From: Hyalangium minutum
Lineage (GTDB): Bacteria; Myxococcota; Myxococcia; Myxococcales; Myxococcaceae
Direction of reading: 5' to 3'
NCBI RefSeq assembly: GCF_000737315.1
Contig: NZ_JMCB01000005.1
Span: 20,001 to 144,000 of the forward strand
DNA length: 124,000 bases
The notes under the pieces were generated by a model that did no database searches, was not told the origin of the DNA, and was given only the letters and a program-made list of their open reading frames with translations. The position numbers and the translations under genes are program-made. This document shows positions 79,501-88,976 of this stretch, in pieces; positions within the stretch are counted from its first letter, which is position 1, and each line of letters begins with the position of its first letter.

Positions 79501-79723
79501 GCCCGAGGAAGCCGCCGCCCAGGCCGAGCAGCAGCAAGGCCATGGCGCCGAGCATGCCGCCCTCGAGCCAGAGCTGGCGCCGCTGGCGGGCGCGCACGGC
79601 AGCGAGCAGGGCCTCCACCTGGCGGGCGCGTGGACGCGGCCGGGCCTCGGCGGCGGGCGCCGGAGGAGGCGGAGGGGGAGGGGGAAGCTCCGAGTCTGGG
79701 GGCTGCGGGGTTTCGAGGTTCAC
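76580..79723 (-). CDS. DUF4175-family membrane protein with Gln-rich coiled coils
   Basis: N-terminal TMs, YPAYTG, DDYGL, C-terminal P..Y...VKRYYEEL. Confidence 0.85.
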   Translation of the reverse strand: MNLETPQPPDSELPPPPPPPPAPAAEARPRPRARQVEALLAAVRARQRRQLWLEGGMLGAMALLLLGLGGGFLGLVAPALGRWVLILAPLVGIGVACALGILLSRKMVGDDVRTARLIGERKPELSLDVLAAVELSREAGAAQHSHSLVAAFLGQMDWRAQYVDPATIVDGQRVRRLAQVLGALVLAVAVTLVLSGGRWRAGVAKAWETSAVAQSTAKAEPITGDIELTYRYPAYTGLAPRTVAGTNGEISAPAGTEVLLKTRSDREVEQAEIIVNGEPLPLKVEGRRELSGSFVTKKSGTYRFAFSTEKGEKADVIGPEITLNVEADAPPQATLLSPATELEVDPGQQVVLKYEATDDYGLSELALVFRTPGSQQETRVPLPREDGRRNKGTYTWDLSRFPLKPGDRITYNIEARDNDAVEGPKKGLSRTQVLRIYSAAEHRRAALQKAEALWGRLVDHLADRLEGSDTAKEKTAESVTSGQAVDTSGQQLVADMRALAQELARERDVPRDLVGALLNIADGLGRKLSATADFRRLYLRTQRLRGEDWGTGTRLTAAVNDEIAETEKDVLYLESLLDRQKLEALQEMAKELAEQRRDLASLIEQYKATPSDAARQQILEQITQLRQRINELMQRMAELRKGIRDEHFNAEAMAEMMKDQDVSSGLDEVEKLMREGKADEALAKLQELSMQMDKMMENLNKAQGELGGEQYPELAQKFGDFMKDLDKTLQEQQQVADATKALRDQARSQNRERLSEKGKALKDELMRQVQQVQKDYQELKPEQLNSRAAAPLAEAQSELENLENALKADAYDLASDAAQRTQDMADQLSAMGEHQRKLDEMFGNPEEVREQSAQLAQKLQKDAKTMQEVSQKLQSLFPEPGSQLSPQERQQLQKLSEQQQQLEQRAQGLRQQMEEMQQLAPVFGQESGNQMDEVGQRMGEAAQRMGGQDPGRGYGQQQMALEGLKRFQQQMKESQKGQGQGGLPLPMGMGGRRDGNGMDPREKVELPDEDAFQAPKEFRKDLLDAMKQGAPERYKEQVKRYYEELVK

Positions 79724-79877
79724 AATCTCGTCCGCTCAGTGGCGAGGCAACCCGCGGGTGGGCCGCCTATTTCCCAATTCTGTAGCAACCTCCTCCCGCG
79801 CGCGCGTCCCTTTGGGGCGGCGGGGCCAGGGAGGAGGAGGGCTCTGTCCGGCGGCGGATGGCCGGGAGAGCGAGCGT

Positions 79878-80459
79878 TCAGCGGGCGTCAGTCGAGCGCC
79901 GGGCCGCTTCATCCGTCGGCGGGTCGGCCGCGGTGGGGATTCCCCCCAGCTCTTCGGCCAGCGCGGTGAGGACGTCCTGGGTATGGGTGATGCGCGTGCG
80001 GGTCATCTTGGAGAGCGCCCGCTGCACGGCGGCCTCCACCGTCCCTGTCGAGGGCACGTCCAGGGTCCGTCCCGCATCGGTGAGGGCGAACAGCGCCTTG
80101 CGCCCATCGAGCGGATCCGACTTGCGCTCCAGCAGGCCGCGCTTCTCCAGGCGCTTGAGCACGCCGGTGAGGGTGCTGGGGTGCACATGGAGGATCTGCG
80201 CGAGGTTGCCGGCAGTGATGCCCGGGAAGCGGCCCACGAGGCGCAGCACCAGGCGCTGCGGGCCGGTGATACCGAGCGCGGACTCCATGCGCTTGGACGT
80301 GGACTGGAGGCCATGATCCACAGCCCACAGCAGGCGCATGAACTCGAGAACCTCACCCAGCTGGGGTCCCCGTGCCTTCTCCGGCTGTGTCGCCAATGGG
80401 GGTGTTTCTTGCTCTAGCTCGTCCACGGTCTCTTTCAACTTCGCCTCCAAGTCGCCCAC
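79878..80459 (-). CDS. MarR-family regulator
   Basis: GITGPQRLVL, HVHPSTLTGVLKRLE..GLLER. Confidence 0.88.
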   Translation of the reverse strand: MGDLEAKLKETVDELEQETPPLATQPEKARGPQLGEVLEFMRLLWAVDHGLQSTSKRMESALGITGPQRLVLRLVGRFPGITAGNLAQILHVHPSTLTGVLKRLEKRGLLERKSDPLDGRKALFALTDAGRTLDVPSTGTVEAAVQRALSKMTRTRITHTQDVLTALAEELGGIPTAADPPTDEAARRSTDAR

Positions 80460-80688
80460 CCCACAGTTCTAGCGCTCTTCCACAGTTTCCACAGCGGAGG
80501 AGTACTTGGGCCCCCAAGAAGGGCCAGCCAGGAGGCAGCCAGCCGTGCCACCTGGGGGGGCGGCTGGCCGTGGGCCCGCATGCTACCCCTGATGTCTCCC
80601 TGTGAGGCAGTGTGCCGCATTGTGTCACAGGTGAGAGAACCTTGCCTGGCGGGAGGGGGAGCGGGCAACCCCTGGAGTTTCCAGGGGT

Positions 80689-81828
80689 TCAGGCGCTGGC
80701 CGATTGAGCGGGGGAGGGCGTGGCTGCGGCGCGGAGGTGGACCCAGAAGCGGGTGCCCTGGCCGGGTTGGCTCTCCACGCCGATGCGGCCGCCCATCTCG
80801 GTCACGAGGCGGCGGCAGATGAAGAGTCCCAGCCCGGTGCCCTCGCCCAGGGGCTTGGTGGTGAAGAACGGCTCGAAGATGCGCTCGTGCAGCTCCGCAG
80901 GGATTCCAGGCCCGGTGTCGCGGATCTCCACGCGCACGGTGTCGGGCAGGGAGCGCCGGGTGACGACGTGGATGGCGTGCTCGTGGCTGCTGCCTTCAGG
81001 GAGGGCCTGCGCGGCATTGATGACGAGGTTGAGGAAGATCTGCGCCAGTCGGGCCTCGCTGCCGTGGACGGTGGAGGCCTCGCCGTAGTCCTTGATGAGC
81101 TGGGCGCGGGGGAAGACCTGGTTCCACGCCATGCGGAGGGCGGAGTCCAGCACGCGGTGCAGATCCGTGGGACCGAGCGGCTGGGCCTCGGGCCGGGCGA
81201 AGACCTTGATGTCGCGGATGATCTCCTGGATGTGCTGGGCGCACTCGGAGGCGTTGCGCAGGGCCTGGACGTCATCCTCCTGCAGGGACCGCTCGCGGGC
81301 GGAGTTCAGGGTGAAGTCCAGGTTCATCATCAGCGAGGAGAGCGGGTTGTTGATCTCGTGGGCCACGCCCGCGGCGAGCAGGCCCAGCGCTGCGAGCCGG
81401 TCCGAGAGCAGGAGCCGCTCCTGCATCCGGCGGCGCTCGGCGCGGACCTCGGCCTCGCGCAGCTCGCGGGCCAGGGCGGGGCCCAGGCGCGCCAGCCGAT
81501 CCTTGAAGAGGAAGTCATGGACGCCGCTCTTCATGGCTTCCACGGCGGTGTCCTCGCCCACAGCGCCGGACACGATGAGGAAGGGCAGGTCGAGCCCGCG
81601 CTCCTTCACGAGCGGAAGCGCCGCCAGCCCGTTGAAGCCCGGGAGGACATAGTCGGAGATGATCGCGTCCCACGGTCCTTCATTCAGGGCGCGCTCAATC
81701 TCCTCGAGCGATTCGACGCGGGTAAGGGATGGCTCATAGCCACAGCTCCGAAGTTCCGAGAGCAGCAGGAGCTCATCATCCTCGGAGTCTTCGATGAGGA
81801 GCAGGCGCAACGGCTGGCCACCACCCAT
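80689..81828 (-). CDS. Hybrid receiver-histidine kinase
   Basis: LLIEDSEDD REC, AHEINNP, GTGLGL. Confidence 0.92.
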   Translation of the reverse strand: MGGGQPLRLLLIEDSEDDELLLLSELRSCGYEPSLTRVESLEEIERALNEGPWDAIISDYVLPGFNGLAALPLVKERGLDLPFLIVSGAVGEDTAVEAMKSGVHDFLFKDRLARLGPALARELREAEVRAERRRMQERLLLSDRLAALGLLAAGVAHEINNPLSSLMMNLDFTLNSARERSLQEDDVQALRNASECAQHIQEIIRDIKVFARPEAQPLGPTDLHRVLDSALRMAWNQVFPRAQLIKDYGEASTVHGSEARLAQIFLNLVINAAQALPEGSSHEHAIHVVTRRSLPDTVRVEIRDTGPGIPAELHERIFEPFFTTKPLGEGTGLGLFICRRLVTEMGGRIGVESQPGQGTRFWVHLRAAATPSPAQSASA

Positions 81829-81982
81829 TCACGAACCTCGCACATCCTCCGTGTATCAGCGCGGAGGTCGAGGACAATATACCGCCGCGTTTCTGGCGGA
81901 TCAGCGGTCGTGAGGGTGAGCCGCTGTCGAAAAAGAGCCGCTCCGGCCAGGACAGCACCGGAGCGGCCTACGGCTCGGGGTC

Positions 81983-82348
81983 TCAGTGCTTCGGCTTGGC
82001 CGGAGCATCCGAGGCGCTGCGCTTCTCCTCCTGGAGCGTCGTCGCGCCCGTGAGCGTCAGGTACGGCTTGAGCTTCTGGAACTTCTTCTTCCCGAAGCCC
82101 TTCACGCGCACCAATTCCTCAACGCGCTTGAAGGGGTGCTTCTCCCGGTGATCGAGGATGCGGTCCACCGCCTTCCTCCCCACGCCCGGCAGCCGGTCCA
82201 GCTCCTCCGGTGTGGCCTCGTTGAGGTTCACCACGCCGGAGTACTGCATCTGCGTGCGGCGCCGCCCTGCCTCCGCCACCCCAGGCCCCAGCAGCACGAG
82301 CCCGAGCACCATCATCACCCCCATCCCCAGCACCGCACGCCCGCTCAC
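81983..82348 (-). CDS. comEA: ComEA-family helix-hairpin-helix protein
   Basis: VNLNEATPEELDRLPGVG, VKGFG. Confidence 0.88.
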   Translation of the reverse strand: MSGRAVLGMGVMMVLGLVLLGPGVAEAGRRRTQMQYSGVVNLNEATPEELDRLPGVGRKAVDRILDHREKHPFKRVEELVRVKGFGKKKFQKLKPYLTLTGATTLQEEKRSASDAPAKPKH

Positions 82349-82593
82349 GAGTGGCCCTCCATCAGCGCCGGCTCGAGCCCCGCCTCCGACCCGAAGCGCC
82401 CGCTGGCCTGAGCGCCGTCCCGCTTGTCCGCGGCCTCGCGCACGTGCAGCTTCCCGTCCAGGGGCAGCACATCCAGCAGCACGTTCAGCGAGCCGTCCTT
82501 GTTCACGAAGGCGCTCCCCGCACGCACCCAGATGCTCCCGCCCTTGCCCTCCCGAATGGAGAACACCGCCAACCTCTTTCCTGCCGTCAGCAT
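82345..82593 (-). CDS. Small conserved hypothetical protein
   Basis: IWVRAGSAFVNKDGSLNVLLDVLP; 4-nt overlap with comEA. Confidence 0.75.
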   Translation of the reverse strand: MLTAGKRLAVFSIREGKGGSIWVRAGSAFVNKDGSLNVLLDVLPLDGKLHVREAADKRDGAQASGRFGSEAGLEPALMEGHS

Positions 82594-82801
82594 CGTCCTA
82601 CCTCGCTCCTTCACACTCCCGCGCCACCCATGGCGTGGGCGCCTCATCGGCTTCGACCGCCTGAGGTCGCAGGAGCCCAAAGCAGGCGCCGTGCCAACGG
82701 CACTTCCCCTCGGAGAGGCTGTGAAAGAGAGCGTTTCGGAGCCCCGTACCGTCCACCGCCGTGGACTGCCGTGGACGGTCGTGGATGGGGAGCCCGGAGG
82801 A

Positions 82802-83458
82802 CTACTTCCTGGAGGACTTCTTCGTGGCCGTCTTCTTCCGCGCCGCGCCCGCCTTCTTCGCGGCGGACTTCTTCGTGGCGGCCTTCCTCGGAGCCGGGGC
82901 GCTGGCCTCCTCCTCCTGCTCGCGCGCGGCCTCGGCGACTTCCTCGACGGCCTTCGTGTTCTGCTTCCGGAAGCGCTCGAACCCCTCCCTCGAGAAGACC
83001 GAGGTGCCTTCCTCCCGAGCCCGCCGGAACACCTCCTTGAGGGCGGTGCGGCTGAGCTGCGGGTTCTTGTAGTACTCCATCGCCACCCGGCCCATGGCCC
83101 AGTTGGCGGCGTACGCGGGAGCCACCGTCAGGAGCGCGCCGAGCACCGGGATGAGCGCCTTGATGCCCTGCCGTGCCAGCAGGCCCACGCCTGCGGTGGT
83201 GCCCAGCTCGATGAGGAGCTCCTGCGCCGAGGCCTTGGTCACCTTGCGCCCGTAGATGTGCCCCACCGTCATCACCATGCCGGTCTGGATGGGCAGCGTC
83301 AGCACCACGTCCGTCAGCGGCAGCGGCGAGATGGCCACCAGCGCCACCGCGTACGAGCTCATGTTGATGACATCCCGAGCCATCGCGTCCCGCTCCTTCG
83401 CGGGCACCTTGCTGAAGTCCCGTGTGCGGATGTCATCCAATGTGTCGAGCCACGACAT
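82802..83458 (-). CDS. DUF697/YcjF-like protein with Lys/Ala tail
   Basis: ISPLPLTD..LTLPIQTGM..GHIYG; KKSAAKKA tail. Confidence 0.8.
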   Translation of the reverse strand: MSWLDTLDDIRTRDFSKVPAKERDAMARDVINMSSYAVALVAISPLPLTDVVLTLPIQTGMVMTVGHIYGRKVTKASAQELLIELGTTAGVGLLARQGIKALIPVLGALLTVAPAYAANWAMGRVAMEYYKNPQLSRTALKEVFRRAREEGTSVFSREGFERFRKQNTKAVEEVAEAAREQEEEASAPAPRKAATKKSAAKKAGAARKKTATKKSSRK

Positions 83459-83643
83459 GGTCGTCTTCTCCTGGACTGGTCGCACGGAGCATACCCGGAC
83501 GTTGCTCGCTGAACAGGACGCGCGCGGAGGGAGCGGCTCCCGCCGAAAATGCCACTGGGAGTGGACGGTGGGCGAGGCACTGGTCAGCCCCGGAGGGCAT
83601 GCACAGGTTCTGTCCTCGATTCTGGCAGGGGGAGGTGGTTGGC

Positions 83644-84177
83644 GTGGCGCTTCGGTTCTCCTTACTGGCGTCTCAGTTGCTGCAGGATCGCGAGTCCGTG
83701 CTGAAGGCGGTCTCCTGGCCGGTGCTGGTGTGGGAATCTCCACCGCCCCGCAAGGAGGCCCCGCTGGGCTTCGCGCGCTCCACGCTGTCCAATATCCGCT
83801 TCTCACGGCCCACCGCCTCCGAGCCGCTCGTGCTTGAGCTGCACAAGCGCATCGCCGATGTGGACGAGGTGACGCTGGGCCGCTCGCCCGACTGTGACAT
83901 TGTCATCGACGACCCCACTGTGTCGCGGCTGCACGCCGTGTTCCGCAAGGAGCCGCACACGGGCATGTGGCAGGTGGTGGATGCCGAGAGCCACAACGGC
84001 ACCTTCCAGGCGGGCGTGCTCATCGTCCCGGGCCGCCCGACGCCGCTGTTCGATCGGGCCTCGCTGCGCTTCGGGGCCGTGGAGATGTCCTTCCTGCAGG
84101 CGCCCGCTTTCGAGCAGTACGTGCACGCCCGAGCGCGCTCCCAGGTGCGCTTGACGAGCGTGGGCGTAAACCCATAG
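83644..84177 (+). CDS. FHA domain protein
   Basis: LGRSPDCDI, VSRLHA, SHNGT. Confidence 0.88.
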   Translation: MALRFSLLASQLLQDRESVLKAVSWPVLVWESPPPRKEAPLGFARSTLSNIRFSRPTASEPLVLELHKRIADVDEVTLGRSPDCDIVIDDPTVSRLHAVFRKEPHTGMWQVVDAESHNGTFQAGVLIVPGRPTPLFDRASLRFGAVEMSFLQAPAFEQYVHARARSQVRLTSVGVNP

Positions 84178-84187
84178 AAGGGCCGCG

Positions 84188-84400
84188 CCTTTGGGTGCCC
84201 ATGCAGGGCACGCAAGAGGGAAGCCGGTGGAAATCCGGCGCGGTCCCGCCACTGTATGTGGGCAGCCCTGTCGGTCAGGGCCGGGGTCCTCGGCAGTCCC
84301 CACTCGAGAGGGTTGTCTCGGGGAAGGGGGAGGACTTCTTCCGGAGAGGCGCAGCGTGCGCCCTCACCCGGAGCCCATGAGCCAGGAGACCTGCCCAGAG
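84188..84400 (+). ncRNA. Cobalamin (AdoCbl) riboswitch
   Basis: GGTGC...AAGAGGGAAGCCGGTGGAAATCCGGCGCGGTCCCGCCACTGT...GGGAAG...GAGCCAGGAGACCTGCC elements upstream of a TonB receptor. Confidence 0.92.
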
Positions 84401-84467
84401 GTCCGGCCGCTCGCAAGGCGGCTCCGGATGGCCTTCTCTCTTCGATGGAGAGAGCGGAAGGCGGAGC

Positions 84468-86513
84468 ATGGGGCGGTCATCTCTTGCCGGGCTCGGTTTG
84501 TGTCTGGCGCTCACCCTGAATGGAATCGCGCGAGCCCAAGGGGCTCCTGACGCGAGCACTCCTGCGCCCACCGCCCCGGGCGAGCAGGCTCCCATCATTA
84601 TTGATGCGGTAGAGCCCGAGGACGCGCTCATCTCCGCTCCAGAGGTGGAGGTCCAGGCGACGCGCCCGCCCGAGCCCATGACTTCGGCCCGGCAGAGGGA
84701 CCCCAGTGGGGCGCTCACCATCATTGATACGGCGGTCTTTGGCGGAGCCGCGAAGGATGCCGCCGAGGTGCTCTCCACCTCCGCGGGCGTGCAGGTGCAG
84801 GACAGCGGCGGCTACGGGCAGAGCAAGAACCTGGTGGTGCGCGGCGCCTCGCCGAATGGCTCGCTGCTGTTGCTGGATGGCATTCCCCTGAATGGAGCGG
84901 GTGGGGTGGTGGACCTGTCTCGGGTGCCGCTGGCGATGGTGGAGCGCTTCGAGGTGCTCCGCGGGGGCGCGGGGGCGCGCTACGGCTCAGGAGGGCTGGG
85001 CGGCGTGGTGAACGTCGTCACCCGGCGGCCGGGAGAGCAGGCGCGCGTGGCGGGAGAGGCCACGTATGGAAGCTGGGGCACGCAGCTCGGCTGGCTGTCC
85101 GCGACGGGCCCGCTCGCGGGGGTGGATGCGCTGCTGCTGGTGCATGGTGGGCGCTCCGAGGGCGACTTTTCGTTCCTCTTCGACCCGAGCCCCGCGTTCC
85201 CGGGAGATGCGCTGGAGGAGCGCCGCCGGACCAACAATGACGCGCGTGGAGCGGGAGGACTGCTTCGGCTGCGGCGCACTTCGGAGCGCGGCCTCGAGGT
85301 GGACCTGCTGACCGAGCTGTTCGCGGATGACCGGGGGCTCGCAGGCACCGCGGTCAATCCGAGCCCGGACACGCGGCAGAGCACGCAGCGCGCATCGGCC
85401 AGCCTCCGCGTCTCGGGCGAGCGGGAGGGCGTGCGCGGCTCCGCGCGGGCATGGTTCCGAGGAGAGCGTCTGAGTCTGGAGGGTGGGCCTCAGGCAGTGC
85501 AGGGCTCCCAGACGCAGCGGGTGGGTGGCGTGGAGGTGGAGGCGCGGAAGCTGCTGGGCGGCTGGCATGGCCTGTCGGCGGCGGTGACCGTCACGGGCGA
85601 GGACGTGACGGACGCGGAGCTCGTCTCCGGTGAGGACTCTCGACCGAGCTGGCTGCGCGCCAGCGTCATGGTGATGGACGAGCTGGTGCTGGTGGGCGGC
85701 CAGCTGCTCGTTGCGCCGTCGATACGAGTGGAGCGCGCCGGGCCGCACACGCTGCTGTCGCCGAAGGTGGGCGCCACGCTGTCGCTGCCGTGGAGCCTGG
85801 AGCTGCGCGCCAACGCTGGGCAGGCGCACCGGGCTCCGTCCTTCCAGGAGCTGTACGTGCGCCAGGGGCTGCTGCTGCCGAACGCCGCGCTCCGCCCCGA
85901 GCGGGCGCTCTACGCGGATCTCGCGGTGGTGCATCGCACCGAGCGCTCGCTGGCCTCGGTGGGCGGCTTCTACAGTCTCTACGAGGACCTGATCGCCTAC
86001 GAGCTCTACCCGCCGTTCTCCGCCAAGCCCTTCAACTTCGCCGCCGCGAGCGTGGCCGGGCTGGAGGCCGAGGGCGAGTGGCGTCCCGCTCCGTGGGTGT
86101 CGGGCACGCTGGGCTACACGCTGCTCGTCTCGCGCAACCTCCGGGACGACGTGCGCTACTACCGCAAGGAGCTGCCGTACCGTCCGCGCCACAAGCTGAG
86201 CGCGCGCGTGTCCGGCGGTCCGCGCTGGCTCACCGGGCGCGTGGAGGTGGCCTCGCAGTCCGCGCAGTTCACCAACCGCACCGAAGAGGCCGTGTTGCCG
86301 GGGCGGACGTTCGTCCACGCGGGGGCCTCCAGCACCTTCGGGCACTCTCCCGAGCTGACCCTCTCCGTGGAGCTGAAGAACGTCTTCGACGCGCACGCCG
86401 AGGACCTCAACGGCTACCCCCTTCCAGGCCGCTCCGCTTACGTGACGCTCACGGCGGCGTTCGGTGGCACTTCCCCCAGCAGTTCCCCCTCACAAAGGAC
86501 GGAAGTTCGATGA
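84468..86513 (+). CDS. btuB: TonB-dependent cobalamin receptor
   Basis: Plug motifs (LLLDGIPL, ERFEVLRG...YGSGGLGGVVN), C-terminal NVFD...PGRS; riboswitch upstream. Confidence 0.85.
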   Translation: MGRSSLAGLGLCLALTLNGIARAQGAPDASTPAPTAPGEQAPIIIDAVEPEDALISAPEVEVQATRPPEPMTSARQRDPSGALTIIDTAVFGGAAKDAAEVLSTSAGVQVQDSGGYGQSKNLVVRGASPNGSLLLLDGIPLNGAGGVVDLSRVPLAMVERFEVLRGGAGARYGSGGLGGVVNVVTRRPGEQARVAGEATYGSWGTQLGWLSATGPLAGVDALLLVHGGRSEGDFSFLFDPSPAFPGDALEERRRTNNDARGAGGLLRLRRTSERGLEVDLLTELFADDRGLAGTAVNPSPDTRQSTQRASASLRVSGEREGVRGSARAWFRGERLSLEGGPQAVQGSQTQRVGGVEVEARKLLGGWHGLSAAVTVTGEDVTDAELVSGEDSRPSWLRASVMVMDELVLVGGQLLVAPSIRVERAGPHTLLSPKVGATLSLPWSLELRANAGQAHRAPSFQELYVRQGLLLPNAALRPERALYADLAVVHRTERSLASVGGFYSLYEDLIAYELYPPFSAKPFNFAAASVAGLEAEGEWRPAPWVSGTLGYTLLVSRNLRDDVRYYRKELPYRPRHKLSARVSGGPRWLTGRVEVASQSAQFTNRTEEAVLPGRTFVHAGASSTFGHSPELTLSVELKNVFDAHAEDLNGYPLPGRSAYVTLTAAFGGTSPSSSPSQRTEVR

Positions 86514-88087
86514 GAAGTACGTTGACGGTGACAATAGTGGCCCTGGGCCTGTGGCTGAGTGGCTGTCCGGATTCCGGCGCGGAGTGCAGCGAGGGCCTGA
86601 CCCTCTGCTCCGACCAGTGCGAGGACCTCACCAGCTCCACCTCGAACTGCGGTGCGTGCGGCAACACCTGTGGGAGCGGGCAGGTGTGTTCGGAAGGAGC
86701 CTGCCGGTGCCAAGAGGGCGCCACCCTCTGTGCCGGGCAGTGCACCGTCACCGCGACCGATGCGAACAACTGCGGCGCCTGTGGTGTCTCTTGCGGCCAG
86801 GGCCGGGTGTGCGAGAGCGGCCAGTGCAAGGTGAACTGCTCCCAGGGCCTCACGCGCTGCGGGGACTCGTGCGTGGACCTCGCGAAGGACGCGGGACACT
86901 GCGGCACCTGCGAGACGGCGTGCACGGATGCGAAGAGCTGCCACTCGGGCGTGTGCACGTATGACGTCGTCGCGGCCTGCTTCAACACGGGCCAGGTGGT
87001 GGGCCTCCAGGCGGGCTCGGACCTGAAGGGCCCCAACCGGGCCATCGGCGACCACCCGCAGTCGGTGGCGCCCATGCAGGATGTGCTGCTGGTGCTCGAC
87101 ACCGCGAAGAAGCTGCGCGAGGCCCGGCTCGTGGACTACGTCTCCCTGCCGAAGGCTGCGGACACCGACGACGCGCCCAACCAGGTGCTCGTCGAGGACC
87201 CCTACGTCTACGTCCTCAACTCCTCCAGCAACACGCTGCTGGTGCTCCAGCGCAAGACGGCGCCCGGCACGCTCACCGAGGGCACACGCTTCCCGCAGGG
87301 GCTCGGGCTGGAGCCGGTGGCCCGGGTGGACTTCGGTGCCAGCTCCAACCCGTTCGCCATGGCCCGGCTCGGCACGGACCTGTGGGTCACCCTGTATGGC
87401 AACTTCTTCGGAGACCTGTCCGCCGGCGGCAAGGTGGCTCGCGTCAGCCTGGCCAATCCCGCCCAGCCGGAGCTGACCTCGCCGCTGGTCCAGCTGCCCT
87501 CGGGCGATGCGCTCCAGCCGTTCCCGGATAGAAGCCCTGTTCCCACCCCCTCGGGCATCGTCGCCCACCGCGGCTTCCTCTATGTGGCGCTCAACAACCT
87601 GGACCCGAACACCTATGGGCCCGGCGGCCCCGGCCTCGTCGCGAAGATCGATCCGCAGACCCGCGAGGTGAAGTACCTCCCGCTCGGGGACGGGTGCCTC
87701 AACGCGGGCTGGCTTGCCCCCGTGGGGAACAAGCTGGTGGTGAGCTGCGCGGGCGAGGCCACCTATGACGCCAGCTACAACCTCACCGCCGTGAAGAAGT
87801 CGTCCCTGGTGCTGCTGGATGAGCAGGACGCCGCCGTCTCCACCTGGGCCCTCGCGTGCCCCGAGTCGAGCACCTCCTGCGCGCTGCCCTCCGCTGGCCG
87901 CTTCGCCGTGGTGGGTAACCGCATCTACCTGGGTGACAACAACGCGGGCCGCATCTTCGTCGTCGACGTCACCGGGAACACGCTCACCGAGGTGCGCGGC
88001 CTCAGTGGCCAGAAGCAGCCCCCTATCCCCGCCTGCCAGCGCGAGTCCGGCTTCTCCCTCGTGGGAGACGTCGTCGCCATTCCGTAG
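86510..88087 (+). CDS. MXAN_6577-like Cys-rich lipoprotein with C-terminal beta-propeller
   Basis: LSGC lipobox; three NCGACG..C...C..G.C repeats; propeller-like repeats. Confidence 0.8.
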   Translation: MRSTLTVTIVALGLWLSGCPDSGAECSEGLTLCSDQCEDLTSSTSNCGACGNTCGSGQVCSEGACRCQEGATLCAGQCTVTATDANNCGACGVSCGQGRVCESGQCKVNCSQGLTRCGDSCVDLAKDAGHCGTCETACTDAKSCHSGVCTYDVVAACFNTGQVVGLQAGSDLKGPNRAIGDHPQSVAPMQDVLLVLDTAKKLREARLVDYVSLPKAADTDDAPNQVLVEDPYVYVLNSSSNTLLVLQRKTAPGTLTEGTRFPQGLGLEPVARVDFGASSNPFAMARLGTDLWVTLYGNFFGDLSAGGKVARVSLANPAQPELTSPLVQLPSGDALQPFPDRSPVPTPSGIVAHRGFLYVALNNLDPNTYGPGGPGLVAKIDPQTREVKYLPLGDGCLNAGWLAPVGNKLVVSCAGEATYDASYNLTAVKKSSLVLLDEQDAAVSTWALACPESSTSCALPSAGRFAVVGNRIYLGDNNAGRIFVVDVTGNTLTEVRGLSGQKQPPIPACQRESGFSLVGDVVAIP

Positions 88088-88099
88088 GAGACTGCCCTC

Positions 88100-88963
88100 A
88101 TGAGAGTCCGCCTCACTCCGTTGCTCCTGCTCGCCGCGCTGGTCTTCTCCGGCGTGGCGGGCGCCGCCGATGCGCAGCCTGGGCCCCGGTGGCTGGGACC
88201 GAAGAAGCCCGCGAAGGTGCAGCGCGTGGTGACGCTGGCTCCGTCCCTCTCGGAGATGGTGATCGCCCTGGGGGCGGGCAGCTCTCTGGTGGGGGTGTCC
88301 CGCTTCGACACGGACAAGAGCGTGGAGAAGCTGCCCCGCGTGGGCGGCTTCGTGGATCCGTCCGTGGAGGCCGTCATCGCGCTCAAGCCGGACGTGGTGC
88401 TCGTCCAGCCGGGCCCTGGCAACCAGCGGCCCGTGGAGCGCATGGCCGAGCTCGGCGTCCCCGTGCTCCTGCTGCCCCTGCACACCGTGGCGGACACGCT
88501 CGCCGCCTTGCGTGCGGTGGGGCAGGCGCTCAGCCGCGTCCAGGAGGCCGACGCGCTCGTCTCCCGCATCGAGGCCATCCGGTCCCGCATCCGCGAGGCG
88601 GCGAAGAAGCTGCCCACGCCGCGTGTGCTGCTTGCCTATGGCTTCGAGCCACTGGTGGTCGCTGGGCCAGGCTCCTTCGCGGACGAGCTGCTGCGCGACG
88701 CCGGGGCCGTGAACGTCGCGGCGGATGCAGGCTCCGCCTACCCCGTCTATTCGGTGGAGCGCGCGGTGCGGGCCAAGCCTGACGTGGTGGTGGATGCGGC
88801 GGATGTGGACGTGGGCAAGGAGAAGATCCAGGCTCTGCCCGGGCTGTCCGCCGCGCGCTGGGTAGAGGTGCCATCCTTCGCGCTGCTGCAGCCTGGGCCC
88901 TCGCTGGGAAAGGGCCTCGAAGAGTTGTTCGGGCTGTTGCATCCGGGCGTCCAGGTCCGCTAG
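88100..88963 (+). CDS. btuF: Cobalamin-binding protein
   Basis: RVVTLAPSLSE, VGGFVDPSVEAVIALKPD, LLQPGP. Confidence 0.85.
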   Translation: MRVRLTPLLLLAALVFSGVAGAADAQPGPRWLGPKKPAKVQRVVTLAPSLSEMVIALGAGSSLVGVSRFDTDKSVEKLPRVGGFVDPSVEAVIALKPDVVLVQPGPGNQRPVERMAELGVPVLLLPLHTVADTLAALRAVGQALSRVQEADALVSRIEAIRSRIREAAKKLPTPRVLLAYGFEPLVVAGPGSFADELLRDAGAVNVAADAGSAYPVYSVERAVRAKPDVVVDAADVDVGKEKIQALPGLSAARWVEVPSFALLQPGPSLGKGLEELFGLLHPGVQVR

Positions 88964-88976
88964 CGGAGGAGAGGGA

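Noticed and set aside
76298-79969. 1223-aa plus-strand ORF and similar long antisense ORFs (723-2339, 15240-18158, 33622-36069, 35795-38188, 70879-73143)
   Set aside because: Shadow frames of real genes in high-GC DNA; no motifs and atypical composition.
80461-80497. DnaA-box-like repeats (TTCCACAG)
   Set aside because: Mismatched to TTWTNCACA and no origin context; at most a local operator upstream of marR.
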